Assembly: GCF_006345805.1 (NCBI RefSeq)
Contig: NW_021832238.1
Span: 1 to 61,768 of the forward strand
Direction of reading: 5' to 3'
Source of the DNA: Octopus sinensis
Lineage: Eukaryota
DNA length: 61,768 nucleotides
This document shows positions 40,613-53,935 of the stretch, one piece after another. A program made the translations under genes and the position numbers. Numbering within the stretch: position 1 is the stretch's first letter; each line of letters opens with the position of its first letter. Under the pieces are notes generated by a model. That model saw only the letters and a list, made by a program, of their open reading frames with translations. It was not told the DNA's origin and searched no databases.

Positions 40613-41614
40613 GTAAGCGGGGTCATGCCATTTTGGGGCAAAATCTGTCTTACACTCAAAGCAGTGTGCGCAGGCGCACTGTCGTGATAAAACACTTCAC
40701 TTAGCCACAGGTCAGGGCGTTTTCATATCTCAGTGTCTCACAAATGCTTCAGAAATGCCAAGTAAAATGTCTGGTTAACAGTTTGACCAGGAGAAACAAA
40801 TTCTTTGGGGACATTTCTTTTCACATCGATGAAACAAATCAACATCGGTTTGAGAATGGACTTCACGTGACACGTTTCTGTGGGGTGGGGACTTGTGACA
40901 TCGAATGTTTCCATTCACTTGGTTACTGCTTCGATTGTGGGTCGTAGCCGTAACACCAACTTTCGTCTCCAGTGATGATCTTCGAAAAGAGGTTCGGATC
41001 AACTTCCAACTATTCATTCAGTTCACGACACGGATTCAGTTGTGACTTATTTTGATCTTCCGTTAGCAAGCGAGGCACAAATTTTGCTGTAACTACTTTC
41101 ATTAGCAATTCATTAGCTCACAATTAATTGGCACGAGCTCCAGGACATATAAGTCATATCAACAAGTTCGTTAATTGTTCGTCGACGGTTCTCCAAGATC
41201 AGTTCACGAATTTTCGTGGTGTTTTTGTCCGTTCGAAGGTCGACGGTCGATCTGAACGATATTGGTCTTTAAGCGACAAGTGACCATTCTTAAAGCGTGG
41301 AAACCACTCGTAGACTTGTATTTTGCTCATGGCACCATCCTTGCAAGCTATTTCGGCCATCGTTTTCCCCAGCAGAAAACAGAATTTCACAGAAGAACGC
41401 TGTTTCTTCGTTTCAGCCATCACAAAAATTGACGAACAGGGGAAAAGCACTGCAAGACAAAGGCGCACCACGTGGCAGTACTATTGTAACGGACGACCCC
41501 GGTCGGTAAACTGTTGCATGAGGGTCGCTCAATGGTTTCTAATAACAGAAGACTGTACCACAAACGGCTTGTCCCACAGGGAAAGTTTCGGGTTACTTTT
41601 GGCTACCTATGCGT
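40613..41614 (-). mobile_element. Mariner transposon remnant (5' TIR-like end to just past the second catalytic Asp)
   Basis: Reads MAETKKQRSSVKFCFLLGKT...SKIQVYEWFPRFKNG...RSDRPST, then IITGDESWCYGYDPQSKQ*, EFVSPGQTVNQTFY and KRPDLW...YHDSAPAHTALSV. TIR-like GTAGCCAAAAGTAACCCGAAACTTTC at ~41581-41606. Stops, frameshifts and deletions throughout. Confidence 0.88.
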
Positions 41615-41689
41615 ATATATATATACGCGCGCACACAATACATATATGTATATACATGTGTGTGTGTGTGTGTGTGTGATATAAAAATA

Positions 41690-42480
41690 AGAGATGCTTT
41701 GCCCCAGGGAGAAACTACAAGAGCTACAGAGGTTTTGCAGGCTTTTAAAATCCATTGCAAATCTCCCTTCCGAATCGTCGGCGAGGTTCTCAGGATCACA
41801 CGAGTTTCAACCCTTAGTCTATACGCCACGCCTGCTTGGGGTAGTGAGAGCTGAGCTAATCTTCCTCCACAGAAGTGTTACAGTTGCAGTCTCTTATCAG
41901 CCTTTGCCACCTTGAGCTAGTTTCAGCTGCTGTGACTATTTCCTTCACGGCTTTCTTCAGTTGTCACGTTTCACACACACACACACCTAGTTGGAAAGCA
42001 CAGGCGGTCGACTTCACTGGGGAATGAGGTTACACCCAACCCTTGATGAGGACCTCGTAGACTAATACCTGATATTTCGATTTCTTTACCTGGTGGGAAA
42101 TATCGAATCTGTCCTTTGTGAGCTTGATCACGATGATATTTTTTTTGTTTTCCTGGAGAGCCAAAATATATTTGGTCGGAGGGGTTTTACCATCTCCTCT
42201 TCAAAGACAAGAGCGTTTCAGGTCCACTTGCATCTCCCAGTCTGAGGCTAAACACAAAATAGAAAACGGGTCGTTTACTATCACTTTGTCTTCGGGAGCT
42301 TTGTCACCTTTCTTCAGGAATTCGAGACCCTTTGGTGGTGACAGCCGGTATTTATTAAACTTCACTCTTTGCTGACCAGTCCCCTTGGCAATTTCCACTA
42401 GAAACTTCTCATGTTTCCACTTGTGTAAGCCTTTGCCCTGTGCCTTAAAATATGGGGTAATGAAAAAGGCCCACGTAGGG
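41690..42480 (-). mobile_element. HERO-like RLE-type non-LTR retrotransposon 3' remnant
   Basis: Reads QGKGLHKWKHEKFLVEIA...LEFLKKG...LASDWEMQVDL, LRPNIFWLS, IIVIKLT, KKSKYQVLV...KGW, EIVTAAETSSRW. This resembles the HERO pattern RYTWRHDQVL...DW.M.VDL...LRPDIVLWS...ELTVPWE...AAE.AS.W. Followed by a probable 3' UTR. Confidence 0.75.
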
Positions 42481-42930
42481 GTTGGCAAGAACTCAGTGAC
42501 AACACGAAGGAATGACAATATTAAATGGTTAGTATTCCAGAGTTCCTTCCAAGACAGTGTGTGCTGAAGTGTCCACATGCATGCGTACACACACACACAC
42601 ACACACACATGCACACAGGAATCAACGTTGCACAGTTAAATTAAATTTTTGATAAATTGACTGGAGTAAAGTGAAATAAAATATCTTGCCGAAGGACACA
42701 ACAAGCCGCTGAGAATAGAATCGAACTCACGACCTGAAGATCGGGGGGCCAAATACACTAGCTACTAAGCCAGGTGCCTTCATTATCAATGTATATACAT
42801 TTATCATATATACATGAATGTGTGTATCATATAAGATATCACACTTTCCGGAACAAGTCAGTCTTAGTGTATGTGCATTAGTCTTTCCTTCTGTGTATGT
42901 GTGTGTGTGTGTGTGTGTGAGAGAGGAGAG

Positions 42931-42961
<31 letters not shown>

Positions 42962-43724
42962 TGTGTGTGTGTGTGTGTGTGTGTGCGCGTGTGTTTGGAT
43001 ATCATTAGAAATTCTGAAAGGGTTTCTTCGAAAATAAATAGTATAAAATGTACTTCGTTGTAGTATATTCCAAGTCATATAGCATTGCACCATTCAAATA
43101 TTTATATTTAAAAATAAACATGTCTTCTCTATATTGTTTTTCAGTCATCTCCTTGTAGACGATTAATTATGGAAACGATACTCTAATCAAAACACAAAGC
43201 TAAATCAACGCACAAAGTACACATTCTACACTCACACACACCAACGCGTACATACAAACATACACAGAAACACACACAAACGCACATATTATCACGCGAG
43301 GTTTTCGCAGACGACATCGGTCACGTGCAATAATACACCTGGATAAGCACGTGACTGATGATATGGAACACTAACTTTCAAATATTGTCTGTAAATTTTG
43401 CATTAACAGAATTGTCAGCAATGGAAAGAAGTTTTACACCCACAAAATGAACCTGGGATACACGGGAAACCACTTTGATAATGAATTTGGGAATTGTAGT
43501 TTTCCAAATAATTTGCAAGCGCCTAATATGGAAATATAGAAAGAATAGCTATAAAAATTTTAAAATCGATCATAGTTGTGTTGTTGTTTCTTTCTGTGGA
43601 AGAGCGTACACTTCTTCACTTCCCGAGCGTTATATTAATACATCTGTTTGTTGTCTACACCACCTGTCTTTGTCATTTGTTTTTTTTGGAGGAATTCTCC
43701 CTATATATATATATATATATATAT

Positions 43725-44246
<522 letters not shown>

Positions 44247-44254
44247 TACATATA

Positions 44255-44340
44255 GCCACGGTGGTACATATTCTAAAATTGGAACGATACAGTCCTTGCG
44301 CAGGGATGACATGCAAATTCGGCGAAGCGTTCCACATTTT
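44255..44340 (+). pseudogene. U6 snRNA-derived copy with a 15-nt internal deletion
   Basis: ACATATTCTAAAATTGGAACGATACAG-TCCTTGCGCAGGGATGACATGCAAATTCGGCGAAGCGTTCCACATTTT aligns with metazoan U6 except that AGAAGATTAGCATGG is missing. Upstream is a (TA)n tract rather than an snRNA promoter. Confidence 0.9.
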
Positions 44341-44659
44341 CAAAATATAAAGCAAAACCTAATCACTTCATATTAAATTAATAAACTCAGTCATTTCCAA
44401 CATTTTTGATTATCTTTCTTGCAACGAAAAAATCCCTGATTATTTTCCTGTGTCTGGAACTCTTATATTTCACATCATAGCGAAGTAATGATACAATATA
44501 GGTAAATAAATTTGAGAAATTTGAAAAGAAAATACAAAACCTGTTGTTTCTCCAAAAACAATGTTACTGTACGCAAAATTTTATAACATTTTTCAACATA
44601 GAGATTTAAATATATTCTTTAACCATGTAACAAGCACTCTGTAGATTCATTCTATTTTG

Positions 44660-44723
<64 letters not shown>

Positions 44724-44724
<1 letters not shown>

Positions 44725-45125
44725 ACTCTTTTACTCTTTTACTTGTTTCAGTCATTTGACTGCGGCCATGCTGGAGCACCACCTTTACTCGACAAATCGA
44801 CCCCGGGACTTATTCTTTGTAAGCCCAGTACTTATTCTATCGGTCTTTTGTGCCGAACCGCTAAATGACGGGGACGTAAACACTCCAGCATCGGTTGTCA
44901 AGCAATGCTAGGGGAACAAACACAGACACACAAACACACACACACATACATATTTACATATATACATATATACGACAGGCCTCTTTCAGCTTCCGTCTAC
45001 CAAATCCACTCACAAGGCATTGGTCGGCCCGGGGCTATAGCAGAAGACACTTGCCCAACATGCTACGCAGTGGGACTGAACCCAAAACCATGTGGTTGGT
45101 TAGTAAGCTACTTACCACACAGCCA

Positions 45126-45129
<4 letters not shown>
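44724..45129 (-). mobile_element. SINE family A, near full length, little diverged from the 5246 copy
   Basis: Reverse complement of family A. Shares GGCATTGGTCGGCCCGGGGCTATAGCAGAAGACAC with the 5246 copy. Confidence 0.85.
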
Positions 45130-45179
<50 letters not shown>

Positions 45180-45693
45180 GAGAGAGAGAGAGAGAGATAG
45201 AGCGAGAGAGAAAGAGAGTGAGAGAAAGAGAGTAAGCGATATACAGTGATATATATATATAGATAGATATAAATAGAGGCATATAGGTATATGCATACGT
45301 GTACACACACATACACTCACTCACACAGAAGAAATATACTCACGCACCTAACTTGAGAGGGAGAGAGAGGGAGTGTGTGTGTATGTTTAGGAGAGACAAA
45401 GAGGGAAGAAAAAAAGAGTGGGAGAGATAGAAAGATAAAGAGAAACCGTGAGACAGAAAGATAGTGTGTGTCTTTGCGTGCGTATGTGTGTGTGAGAGAG
45501 AGAGAAAGAGAGAGACAGAATGTAAAAAAAAACATTAAAACGTGTGACGTCAAAAATATCAGCGTCGATTCAACGACGCCAAATCGTCGGCGCCAAACGG
45601 CTCTGCCAAAAATTCACACAAGTATATATGCGTACATATGCGTATGTATGTACCCGTGTCTATTGCGCACACGCGTACATATTGTATATATAT

Positions 45694-45740
<47 letters not shown>

Positions 45741-46697
45741 GTGGTGTGCTCGTGTGCATATCTGCGTGTATATATACACATACATATAAGCAACTGATAC
45801 TCTTAATGCGCAATATGTTATGACAAACTGCGTATCATTAAGGAATATTTGCTGCCAAATGCTAAAACCTAGCCTTCATATTTCTCCTTTTTTCTGTCAT
45901 GAACAGACTTAAATGTAAATGTAGGGCATTACAATCTGATTCATGATGCAATCATCAAAAGCACTTCTTTCCAGAGTGCCCTGATAAATCTACGAGCGTT
46001 CACTAACCAGAAAATGAATAAAGGTAGCCGTAAAACAGTTTTATTTGCACATCTGACGCTTGTTCTCTTCTTAACAAAATTTTTTTTAGGTGATTTATAA
46101 TTTCACAAACGCTTGGTCGTTTGTTAAAACAAAAAGAGACGTTGATCTTTTTTTCCTACATTTTTTTTTTATTATGATATTTTTTCTGACAGGCCTTATC
46201 TTCTCTTGCTTGGCTGTATTTTTTGACAATCATTAAATTTGCGGCCTTCATTAATCATATCATAACTGAAGACTTTTAAAACATGGTGCCAATCATATTT
46301 AGCTCTTTGAGTTTCTAAATGAAGCGCAACGTTTTAAACAACTATAACAAAGAAATATCGAGAGCTCTTGTTGTTTCATATCTAGGCTATTAGGTTTCAC
46401 TAACTTGTTTCTGAATTAAATGCTGCTGTAGCCGTTTGTTTTCTTGTTTAACCACAGCTTGAACCTGATTGAGAAGATATAAGATCAAAACCATTCCAGC
46501 CGTGACCACCTCCTCAAGTTTTGTTTATTAAAGTATGCTTTCTTTATGTTAAGATAACCTTTCTGATTATTTGTATACTGCCACTATGCTCATTTCTATT
46601 CTTTTTTAGCCAGCACTTAACATGAAAAATATTTTTCATTTATTAAACGTATTATAAAACACACATACACGACAAACATAAAATATATACTTTGTGT

Positions 46698-46750
<53 letters not shown>

Positions 46751-46852
46751 CAGAGTAATCACACAAATGCGAAACATGCTGGAAGAAATAGTATTCGAAT
46801 ACCAGAGGTAGAGTAATATGCTTTACTAAAAAGCTGCAAAAATATCACAAAA

Positions 46853-46892
46853 GCTGTTACTCAGAGTTTCACGTTCCTCTTCATCAGACAGT
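46853..46892 (-). ncRNA. Minimal type I hammerhead motif (canonical core, damaged stem II)
   Basis: ACUGU CUGAUGA AGAGGAACGU GAAA CUCUGAG UA ACAGC. Confidence 0.65.
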
Positions 46893-46913
46893 TGTGTTTA
46901 GAATCTAAACAAA

Positions 46914-46953
46914 ACTGTCAGACGAACGGGAACGTGAAACTCTGAGTAACAGT
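46914..46953 (+). ncRNA. Minimal type I hammerhead motif (U4A core, intact stems)
   Basis: ACUGU CAGACGA ACG GGAA CGU GAAA CUCUGAG UA ACAGU. 5-bp stem I, GNRA-capped stem II, near-palindromic stem III, GUA triplet. Confidence 0.7.
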
Positions 46954-47037
46954 TTTTGTGATATTTTTGCTGTTTTTTAATAAAGTATATATATATATAT
47001 ATATATATATACACGCACACACACTCACACACACACA

Positions 47038-47072
<35 letters not shown>

Positions 47073-47084
47073 CATTGTGTGTTT

Positions 47085-47310
47085 GTCATTGGGTTTGTGT
47101 TTTTCCCCATCACCGCTTGACAACCGGTGTTTGTGTGTTTGTGTCCCCGTAACTTAACAGTCCATCAAAAGAGACTGACACAATAAGTGCCAGGCTTAAA
47201 GAATAAGTACTGGAGTCGATTCATTCGGCTAAGAATTCAAGGCAGTGCTCCATCATGGCCGCAGTCTAATGAATGAAACAAGTCGAAGGTAAAAGCTGAA
47301 AGATAAAAAT
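47085..47310 (+). mobile_element. SINE family A tail half
   Basis: CGCTTGACAACCGGTG...GTGCTCCATCATGGCCGCAGTC. Confidence 0.7.
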
Positions 47311-47787
47311 AATATTCTGTGCCTTTGGAATGATTATCTGCTTTCGCCTTAATTTTATAAAACTAAGATGGTTGCTTGATCAAATATATGAGTGAAAGCT
47401 CATCGTCGATATAGATGGAGGATTGATATAGCAACTGGGCATGAGATGAACTTTCTTTGTGTATTTACTTTTATAGAACTAAAGATTGAAACCGTTCGGA
47501 TAAAAATTCTCATACGTTGAGACCTATACCGTAACATTCTGAAATCAAAACTCTTCTATGGTGGCTCCATTCCTTTGAATTTAAGAATGCAGTGGAGCCG
47601 CCGCAAAAATTATTCTTCATTTTTTGTAAATCACTCTTTCTCATTTAATTGTATATATTTTAATTGTTTGTTTATTCATACGTTTCGTCTCATTCGATAC
47701 ACTGACCCCAATGTTTGTTTTGTCTGTCCTCGTATCGTCCCCTCTTTTTCTCAACCTCATGGTTAATAAAGAAATTCTCTCTCTCTA

Positions 47788-47837
<50 letters not shown>

Positions 47838-47903
47838 GCTATCTATCTATCTTTCTCTCTCTATTTCTCTCTCTCCCTCTTTCTCTCTCTCTCTCTCTCT
47901 CTC

Positions 47904-48200
47904 GAGCCAAATGAAATAGCTGGCGTTCTAAACGGCTTCTGATAGTTTTCTGCAAAAATCTATTCCCTCCTTTGTAGCTTGTCCAAGATTTCTGAGCATC
48001 GAGATAACCTTGTTTCCGACAAATCCTCTAACACCTATCGTTGCTGGAAGGTATTAATACCTCCCAACTATTGTTTTCATAGAATTCAACCAACTTACTA
48101 TATTTTCTGTCTTTCCTGAGGAAATCATATTCGATGATCACTTCTCAAGGTACTGTCAGCTTCACCATCTTTACCACCTTCCGTCCTTACTCCACAGGGC
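47904..48200 (-). mobile_element. Second HERO-like RLE endonuclease remnant (different family)
   Basis: Reads VKMVKLTVP*EVIIEYDFLRKDRKYSKLVEFYENNSWEV, then IGVRGFVGNKVISMLRNLG...RKLSEAV*NASYFIWL. This matches ELTVPWE...RK..KY..L...GW...EVG.RGF...LSEAAE.AS..IW. Confidence 0.8.
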
Positions 48201-48249
48201 AAACTTCCATCTACTCAAGTAGTTCCGTGTCTGTTCGGTTACGTTTTAA

Positions 48250-48680
48250 TAACCTTCCATCCATCCTTTTAATTTCTCCTCTGCTTGGCAACGTTGTAAT
48301 ATAATGAGAAGCGAGTGGAGTCACAAATACGGAGGACCATCGGATAAAAAATATTAAGTATTTACTTCTGTCTCTCAACGTTCTCAAATTAAACATCTTA
48401 TACATGGATCATCCATTCAACCATCCATTTCCCTCTCTGTTTGGCGACGTTGTAATACTTTTAAGAAGGTTGTGGCGCCACAGATATCGAAAACCATCCG
48501 GATAAAATATCTTACGGATTTAGCTTTGCCTCTTAACATTCTCAAATGAAATACCTTTTATGTGGACCTTCCGTCCACCCATCCTATTCCTTCTTTGCTT
48601 GGCAACACTGTAATACAATTAAGGGGGCAGGGATATAAATACAGAAGACCATCCGGATATAATATTTTACGTTTTTCGAT
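48250..48680. repeat. Diverged tandem repeat, ~157-bp unit, ~2.8 copies
   Basis: The anchor TTGGCRACRYTGTAATA occurs at 48285, 48441 and 48599. Each is followed by ACCATC(C)GGATA. Confidence 0.85.
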
Positions 48681-48934
48681 TTATTTTTCTCTGCATTTTT
48701 AGATTAGATATCGACCATTAAAACGTAACCTTCCAGCCGTGCCTCTCTTGTCTGTGTAATTATTGTGTACCAGTCATATGCTGCTGTAGCTCTTACATCG
48801 AATATGCATGAATCTCCCTCCATCAATAATTCGTGATTTTTGCGCCAAAGCTGGGAGATCAATATTGTAATGCGTTGAGAGGGAAATAGAGAGAGTGAGA
48901 GAGAGAAAGAGAGAAATAAATACAGAGAGATAGA

Positions 48935-48968
<34 letters not shown>

Positions 48969-49841
48969 CCATACAGACAGACAGACAGTTTGCTGTGTCA
49001 ACCATCTTCACAAGACTACCATTACTTTGTGTAATCAACATCAAATGAAATACTATCACCACAAACCATGAACAACAACAACAACAACAGCAAGCAGACA
49101 ACCAATAATATCAGTATGAACAACAAAAACATCAGTTGCAGCAGCAGCAGCAACAACAACAACAACAACAACAAATACAACAACAATACCAATAATAACG
49201 AGAACATCAGTCGTACGAGTAGCAGTAGCAATAAGACCATAAAGAGAAACAACAACAAAAACGGCAACAACAATAACAACAGCAACAGCAACACCACAGC
49301 CAACGGTAGCAGCACCAGAAGCAGCAGCAGCAGCAGCATCGCCACCATCACCACCAGCACCTACAACAATAACAACAACAACGGGAGATGATATAAATGT
49401 GAAGCAATCTATCATATTTGACATCTGTGAAAACCTCGTGTGACTATATGTGTGTGTGTGTACGGGCTTGTATAGGCGTGCGTATATATATGTGTATAAA
49501 TGTGTATGTATGTGTACATGTACATCTTTGTATTCACACGAGCGTGTGTGTGCGTGTGTATGCGTATGTGGTGTAAATGTTTATACGTTTGAATATATTT
49601 GCATCGTGTATGTATGTATATATGTATGTATATATGTATGTATATATATATATATTATATATATATATATATATATATTATATATTATGCATATATGTAT
49701 GTATATATATATGTATGTATATATGTATGCATATATTTATATATGTATGTATGCATGTATGTCTCTATGTATATGCATCTTATGTGTGTATGTATGTGCG
49801 TGTTTAATTTGTGTATATATGGTCTTGAGTAGGTGGGCTTG

Positions 49842-49872
<31 letters not shown>

Positions 49873-49886
49873 TATATATATACAAT

Positions 49887-50593
49887 ATATACACATTGTA
49901 CGGATATAATAACACACATATACACATACACCAATATTGGCACATGCACACATAGTTACGCCTATCACAAATACAAGCATACACAAATATATACACACAT
50001 TGAAACATATGCACCCATAGAAGCAAGCCCACAGATAATCGTACGAACGTACAAACATACTAAAATAGAAGCACATACACACATACACACACATAGAAAC
50101 ATATACATATAAAACACACACATACACACACACAGCTACAAACAGTTATATACGCAAATATATATAAACTCACAAACATTTGCACGTCACACACACACAC
50201 TAGCACATACGCCTACATTATATATACACATACATATAGAAGCATATATATATATATATGGATGTAGGCGTATGTGCTAGTGTGTATGTGTGACGTGCAA
50301 ATGTTTGTGAGTTTATATATATTTGCGTATATAACTGTTTGTAGCTGTGTGTGTGTATGTGTGTGTTTTATATGTATATGTTTCTATGTGTGTGTATGTG
50401 TGTATGTGCTTCTATTTTAGTATGTTTGTACGTTCGTACGATTATCTGTGGGCTTGCTTCTATGGGTGCATATGTTTCAATGTGTGTATATATTTGTGTA
50501 TGCTTGTATTTGTGATAGGCGTAACTATGTGGGCATGTGCCAATATTGGTGTATATGTATATGTGTGTTATTATATCCGTACAATGTGTATAT
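49887..50593. repeat. Near-perfect inverted duplication, 332-bp arms, 43-bp spacer
   Basis: 49887-50218 is the reverse complement of 50262-50593 with only a few mismatches. The ORF track shows the same peptide on both strands (49804..50133 minus, 50347..50646 plus). Confidence 0.92.
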
Positions 50594-50751
50594 GCATGTA
50601 TATGTTTGTATGTGCCTATTATGTATATAAATCTGTGTGTGCGTAGCTGTATGCATATATGAGTGTTTTAGATATGTGGGTGTGTATTTGAATATGTTTA
50701 TGCGTAAATATTTGATTTGTATGCGAATATATGTGTGTATATATGCTTGTA

Positions 50752-50914
50752 TGTGGCTGTGTGGTAAGAAACCTACTTCCCAACCACATGGTTGCAAGCT
50801 CAGTCCCACTGCGTGGCACCTTGGGCAAGTGTCTTCTACTATAGCCTTGGGTCAACCAAAGCTTGTGAGTGGATTTGGTAGAGGGAAATTGAAAGAAGCC
50901 GTCGTATATATATA

Positions 50915-50966
<52 letters not shown>

Positions 50967-51258
50967 ATATATTTATATTTATTTATATTCATACACTCAT
51001 ATATATTTATTTATATTTATACACACACATATATATGCGTGTGTGTTTTTGTGTGTATTTTTGTCTGTGTTTGTCCCCTCACCATCACTTGACAACCGAT
51101 GTTATTGTGTTTACGTCCCTCGTAAATTAGCGGTTCGCCAAAAGAAACCGACGGAATAAGTACAAGGCTTACAAAGAATAAGTCCTCGGGTAGAGTTGTT
51201 CGATTAAAGGCGGTGCTCCAGCATGGCCGCTGTCAAAATGACTGCAACATGAAAAAGG
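50752..51258 (+). mobile_element. SINE family A
   Basis: All family A motifs are present, with an expanded internal TA tract. Confidence 0.85.
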
Positions 51259-51416
51259 ATTATAGAATATATTTGTAAGTGTGATATATTAATTGTGCGC
51301 ATGATCAAGTGTTTTTAAATGTGTATGACGATTGTCTACTAGTGTGTGTATACACATGCGCACAAGTCTCTAAGTGTACATACGTGTGTATATGACTGTA
51401 TGTGGGTTTGCGTATG

Positions 51417-51506
<90 letters not shown>

Positions 51507-51660
51507 TGTGTGAGTACATCTTTGTATGCGTGTATGGTGGATATATCCTTGTGTGTATGTGTGTTTGTATGTATTAGTTATGTAGAAGAGACAAAATGAA
51601 AGCGTGAGCGAGAACAGTGAGAACCAAAGAAAGACAAGGAAAGAGAGAGACAGATGAGTA

Positions 51661-52082
51661 AGGCGGCGAGCTGGCAGAAGCGTTGGTACGCTGGGCGAAA
51701 TGCGTAGCCGTATTTCGTCTGCCGTTTGTTCTGAGTTCAAATTCCGCCGAGGTCGACTTTGCCTTTCGGGGTCGATAAATCAAGTACCAGTTACGCACTG
51801 GGGTCGATGTAATCGACTTAATCCCTTTGTCTGTCCTTGTTTGTCCCCTCTTTGTTTAGCCCCTTGTGGGCAATAAAGAAATAAGAAATGTTAGCAGACG
51901 GGCGAAATGCTTATCGGTATTTCGTCTGTCCTTACCTTCTGAGTTCAAATTCCGCCGAGGTCCAGTTTCCCTTTCATCCTTTCAGGGTCGATAAATTACG
52001 TACCAGTTGCGTACTGCGGTCGATCTAATCGACTGGCCCCTCACCCAAAATTACGAGCTTTGTGCCTAGAGTAGAAAAGAAT
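51661..52082 (+). mobile_element. SINE family B tandem pair with two different tails
   Basis: AGGCGGCGAGCTGGCAGAA...GAGTTCAAATTCCGCCGAGGTCGAC. The first tail ends GGGCAATAAAGAAATAAG and the second ends CCTAGAGTAGAAAAGAAT. Confidence 0.85.
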
Positions 52083-53105
52083 AAATTTGTATGTTATATG
52101 TTTATAAGTACGAATTTAAATTTAGGTATCTTTTATGTTTTTACTTGTTTTAGACATACAGTGCGCGGCCGTTGTGGAGCAATTTTCAATCGAATGAATC
52201 GACACCATAAGTTATAGTTTTTAAAGCCTGGTAATTTATTTTAACGGCCTCTTTTGCCGAACTGTTATATTGCAGGAATGTAAACACACCTTTTGGGGTC
52301 GATAAATTATGTACCAATTGCGTACTGGGTTTGATCTAATCGACTGCCCCCACTCAAACAAAATATCAGGCCTTGTGCTTATAGTAGAAAGGATTATTTC
52401 CTGTTTATTTAAAAACTTTTAGAATAATGAAGATGACGACAACGGCGATGATGATGACGATAATGATGATGATAAGTCATGTTGTTATTAAGCAAGCTGG
52501 TAGAATCGTTAGCACATCGGGCAAAACTCTTAGCGATATTCCGCCGAGGTCGACTTTGCCTTTCATCCTTTTGGGGTCGATGAAATAAGAACCAATCAAG
52601 CACTGGGCTCAATGACACTGACTTACTCCCTTTCCTAAACTTACAGGTCTTGTGTCAAAACCTTGAAACCATTTTCTAAAGTGATTTGTGAATTTAAATT
52701 CCGTGTAAAATTTGCATATTGAAACTTTGTGGATAACGTATTTTCCGGCATACAAATCGAATTTTCCAGATCAAAATTTACAGCCACAGAAATAGGTAAG
52801 TTTACTTATACATCAAGATAATTTTCTAAGAGCAAAAATTACGTCAAGTGCTGCAATGCTGAGAAAGATAATAACGGTGTTTGAATAACCAGACATGTTT
52901 ACGCTGTATGCTGCGTCGAATTGTATGCTGAAAAATACGATAATTATAGTAATGAATAAAGAAAAAAAAATAATAACCCAGCTATTCTAAATCACATGGT
53001 TTAATAACGATATTGCTTCATACGTGTGATATTGTAGAAGGGATGAGTGATATTTGTATCTATTATCTTCTTCGATGTAACCTTCCAAGAGTAGAGTTCC
53101 TTAGA

Positions 53106-53180
<75 letters not shown>

Positions 53181-53187
53181 TTCATCA

Positions 53188-53223
<36 letters not shown>

Positions 53224-53469
53224 TATTATTATTATTATTATTATTATCATTATTATTATTATTGGATATTAACACTTTCCTACTGCTTACTAAAGCAAAA
53301 ATAAATAAATAAATAAAGGAACATTCGTCAGACCCATCGACTTACCCCCTCTGCCGACGGTGGTATAACATATAACATATGCATACATACATACATACAT
53401 ACATGCATACATACATACATACATACATACATACACACACAGGCGCGCACACGTGCACACACACAATCG

Positions 53470-53935
53470 TTTCTACTCTAGGCACAAAGCCTGAATATTG
53501 GTCAGTTGGTTAGATCGAGACCAGTACGCAACTGGTACTTAATTTATCGACTCCGAAATGATGAAAGGCAAAGTCAACCTCGGCGGAATTTGAACTCAGA
53601 AATTAAAGACAGACGAAATACCACCAACCATTTCGCTCGGTGTGCTAACGATTCTGCTATCACACACACATAATTAGTATATAGATGATAGAAAGCACAC
53701 ACACACATATAACATACTTATAATATATATTTCTTTATTGCCCACAGGGGGCTAAACATAGAGGAGACAAACAAGGAGAGACAAAGGGATCAAGTTGATT
53801 ACATCGACCCCTGTGCATAACTGGTACTTATATAATCGACCCCGAAAGAATGAAAGGCAAAGTTGACCTCGGCGGAATTTGAACTCAGAACGTAACGGCA
53901 GACGAAATACCGGCGTGCTAATGATTCTGCCAGCA
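53470..53935 (-). mobile_element. Two SINE family B copies
   Basis: Reverse-complement family B cores at ~53530-53660 and ~53800-53935. Confidence 0.8.

Larger units (their letters stand above)
46820..46986. mobile_element. Foldback element centred at 46903 carrying two divergently oriented hammerhead motifs
   Basis: GCAAAAATATCACAAAAGCTGTTACTCAGAGTTTCACGTTCC...GTTTAGA|A|TCTAAAC...GGAACGTGAAACTCTGAGTAACAGTTTTTGTGATATTTTTGC. Confidence 0.85.

Noticed and set aside
41770-41850. GAAAC...UCGCCGACGA in the HERO-like 3' UTR as a permuted hammerhead
   Set aside because: No valid NUH cleavage triplet or closing stem II could be drawn.
45545-45620. GC-rich GGCGCCAAA-type repeats suggestive of a DNA-transposon terminus
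   Set aside because: Too short and no partner end was found, so it cannot be classified.
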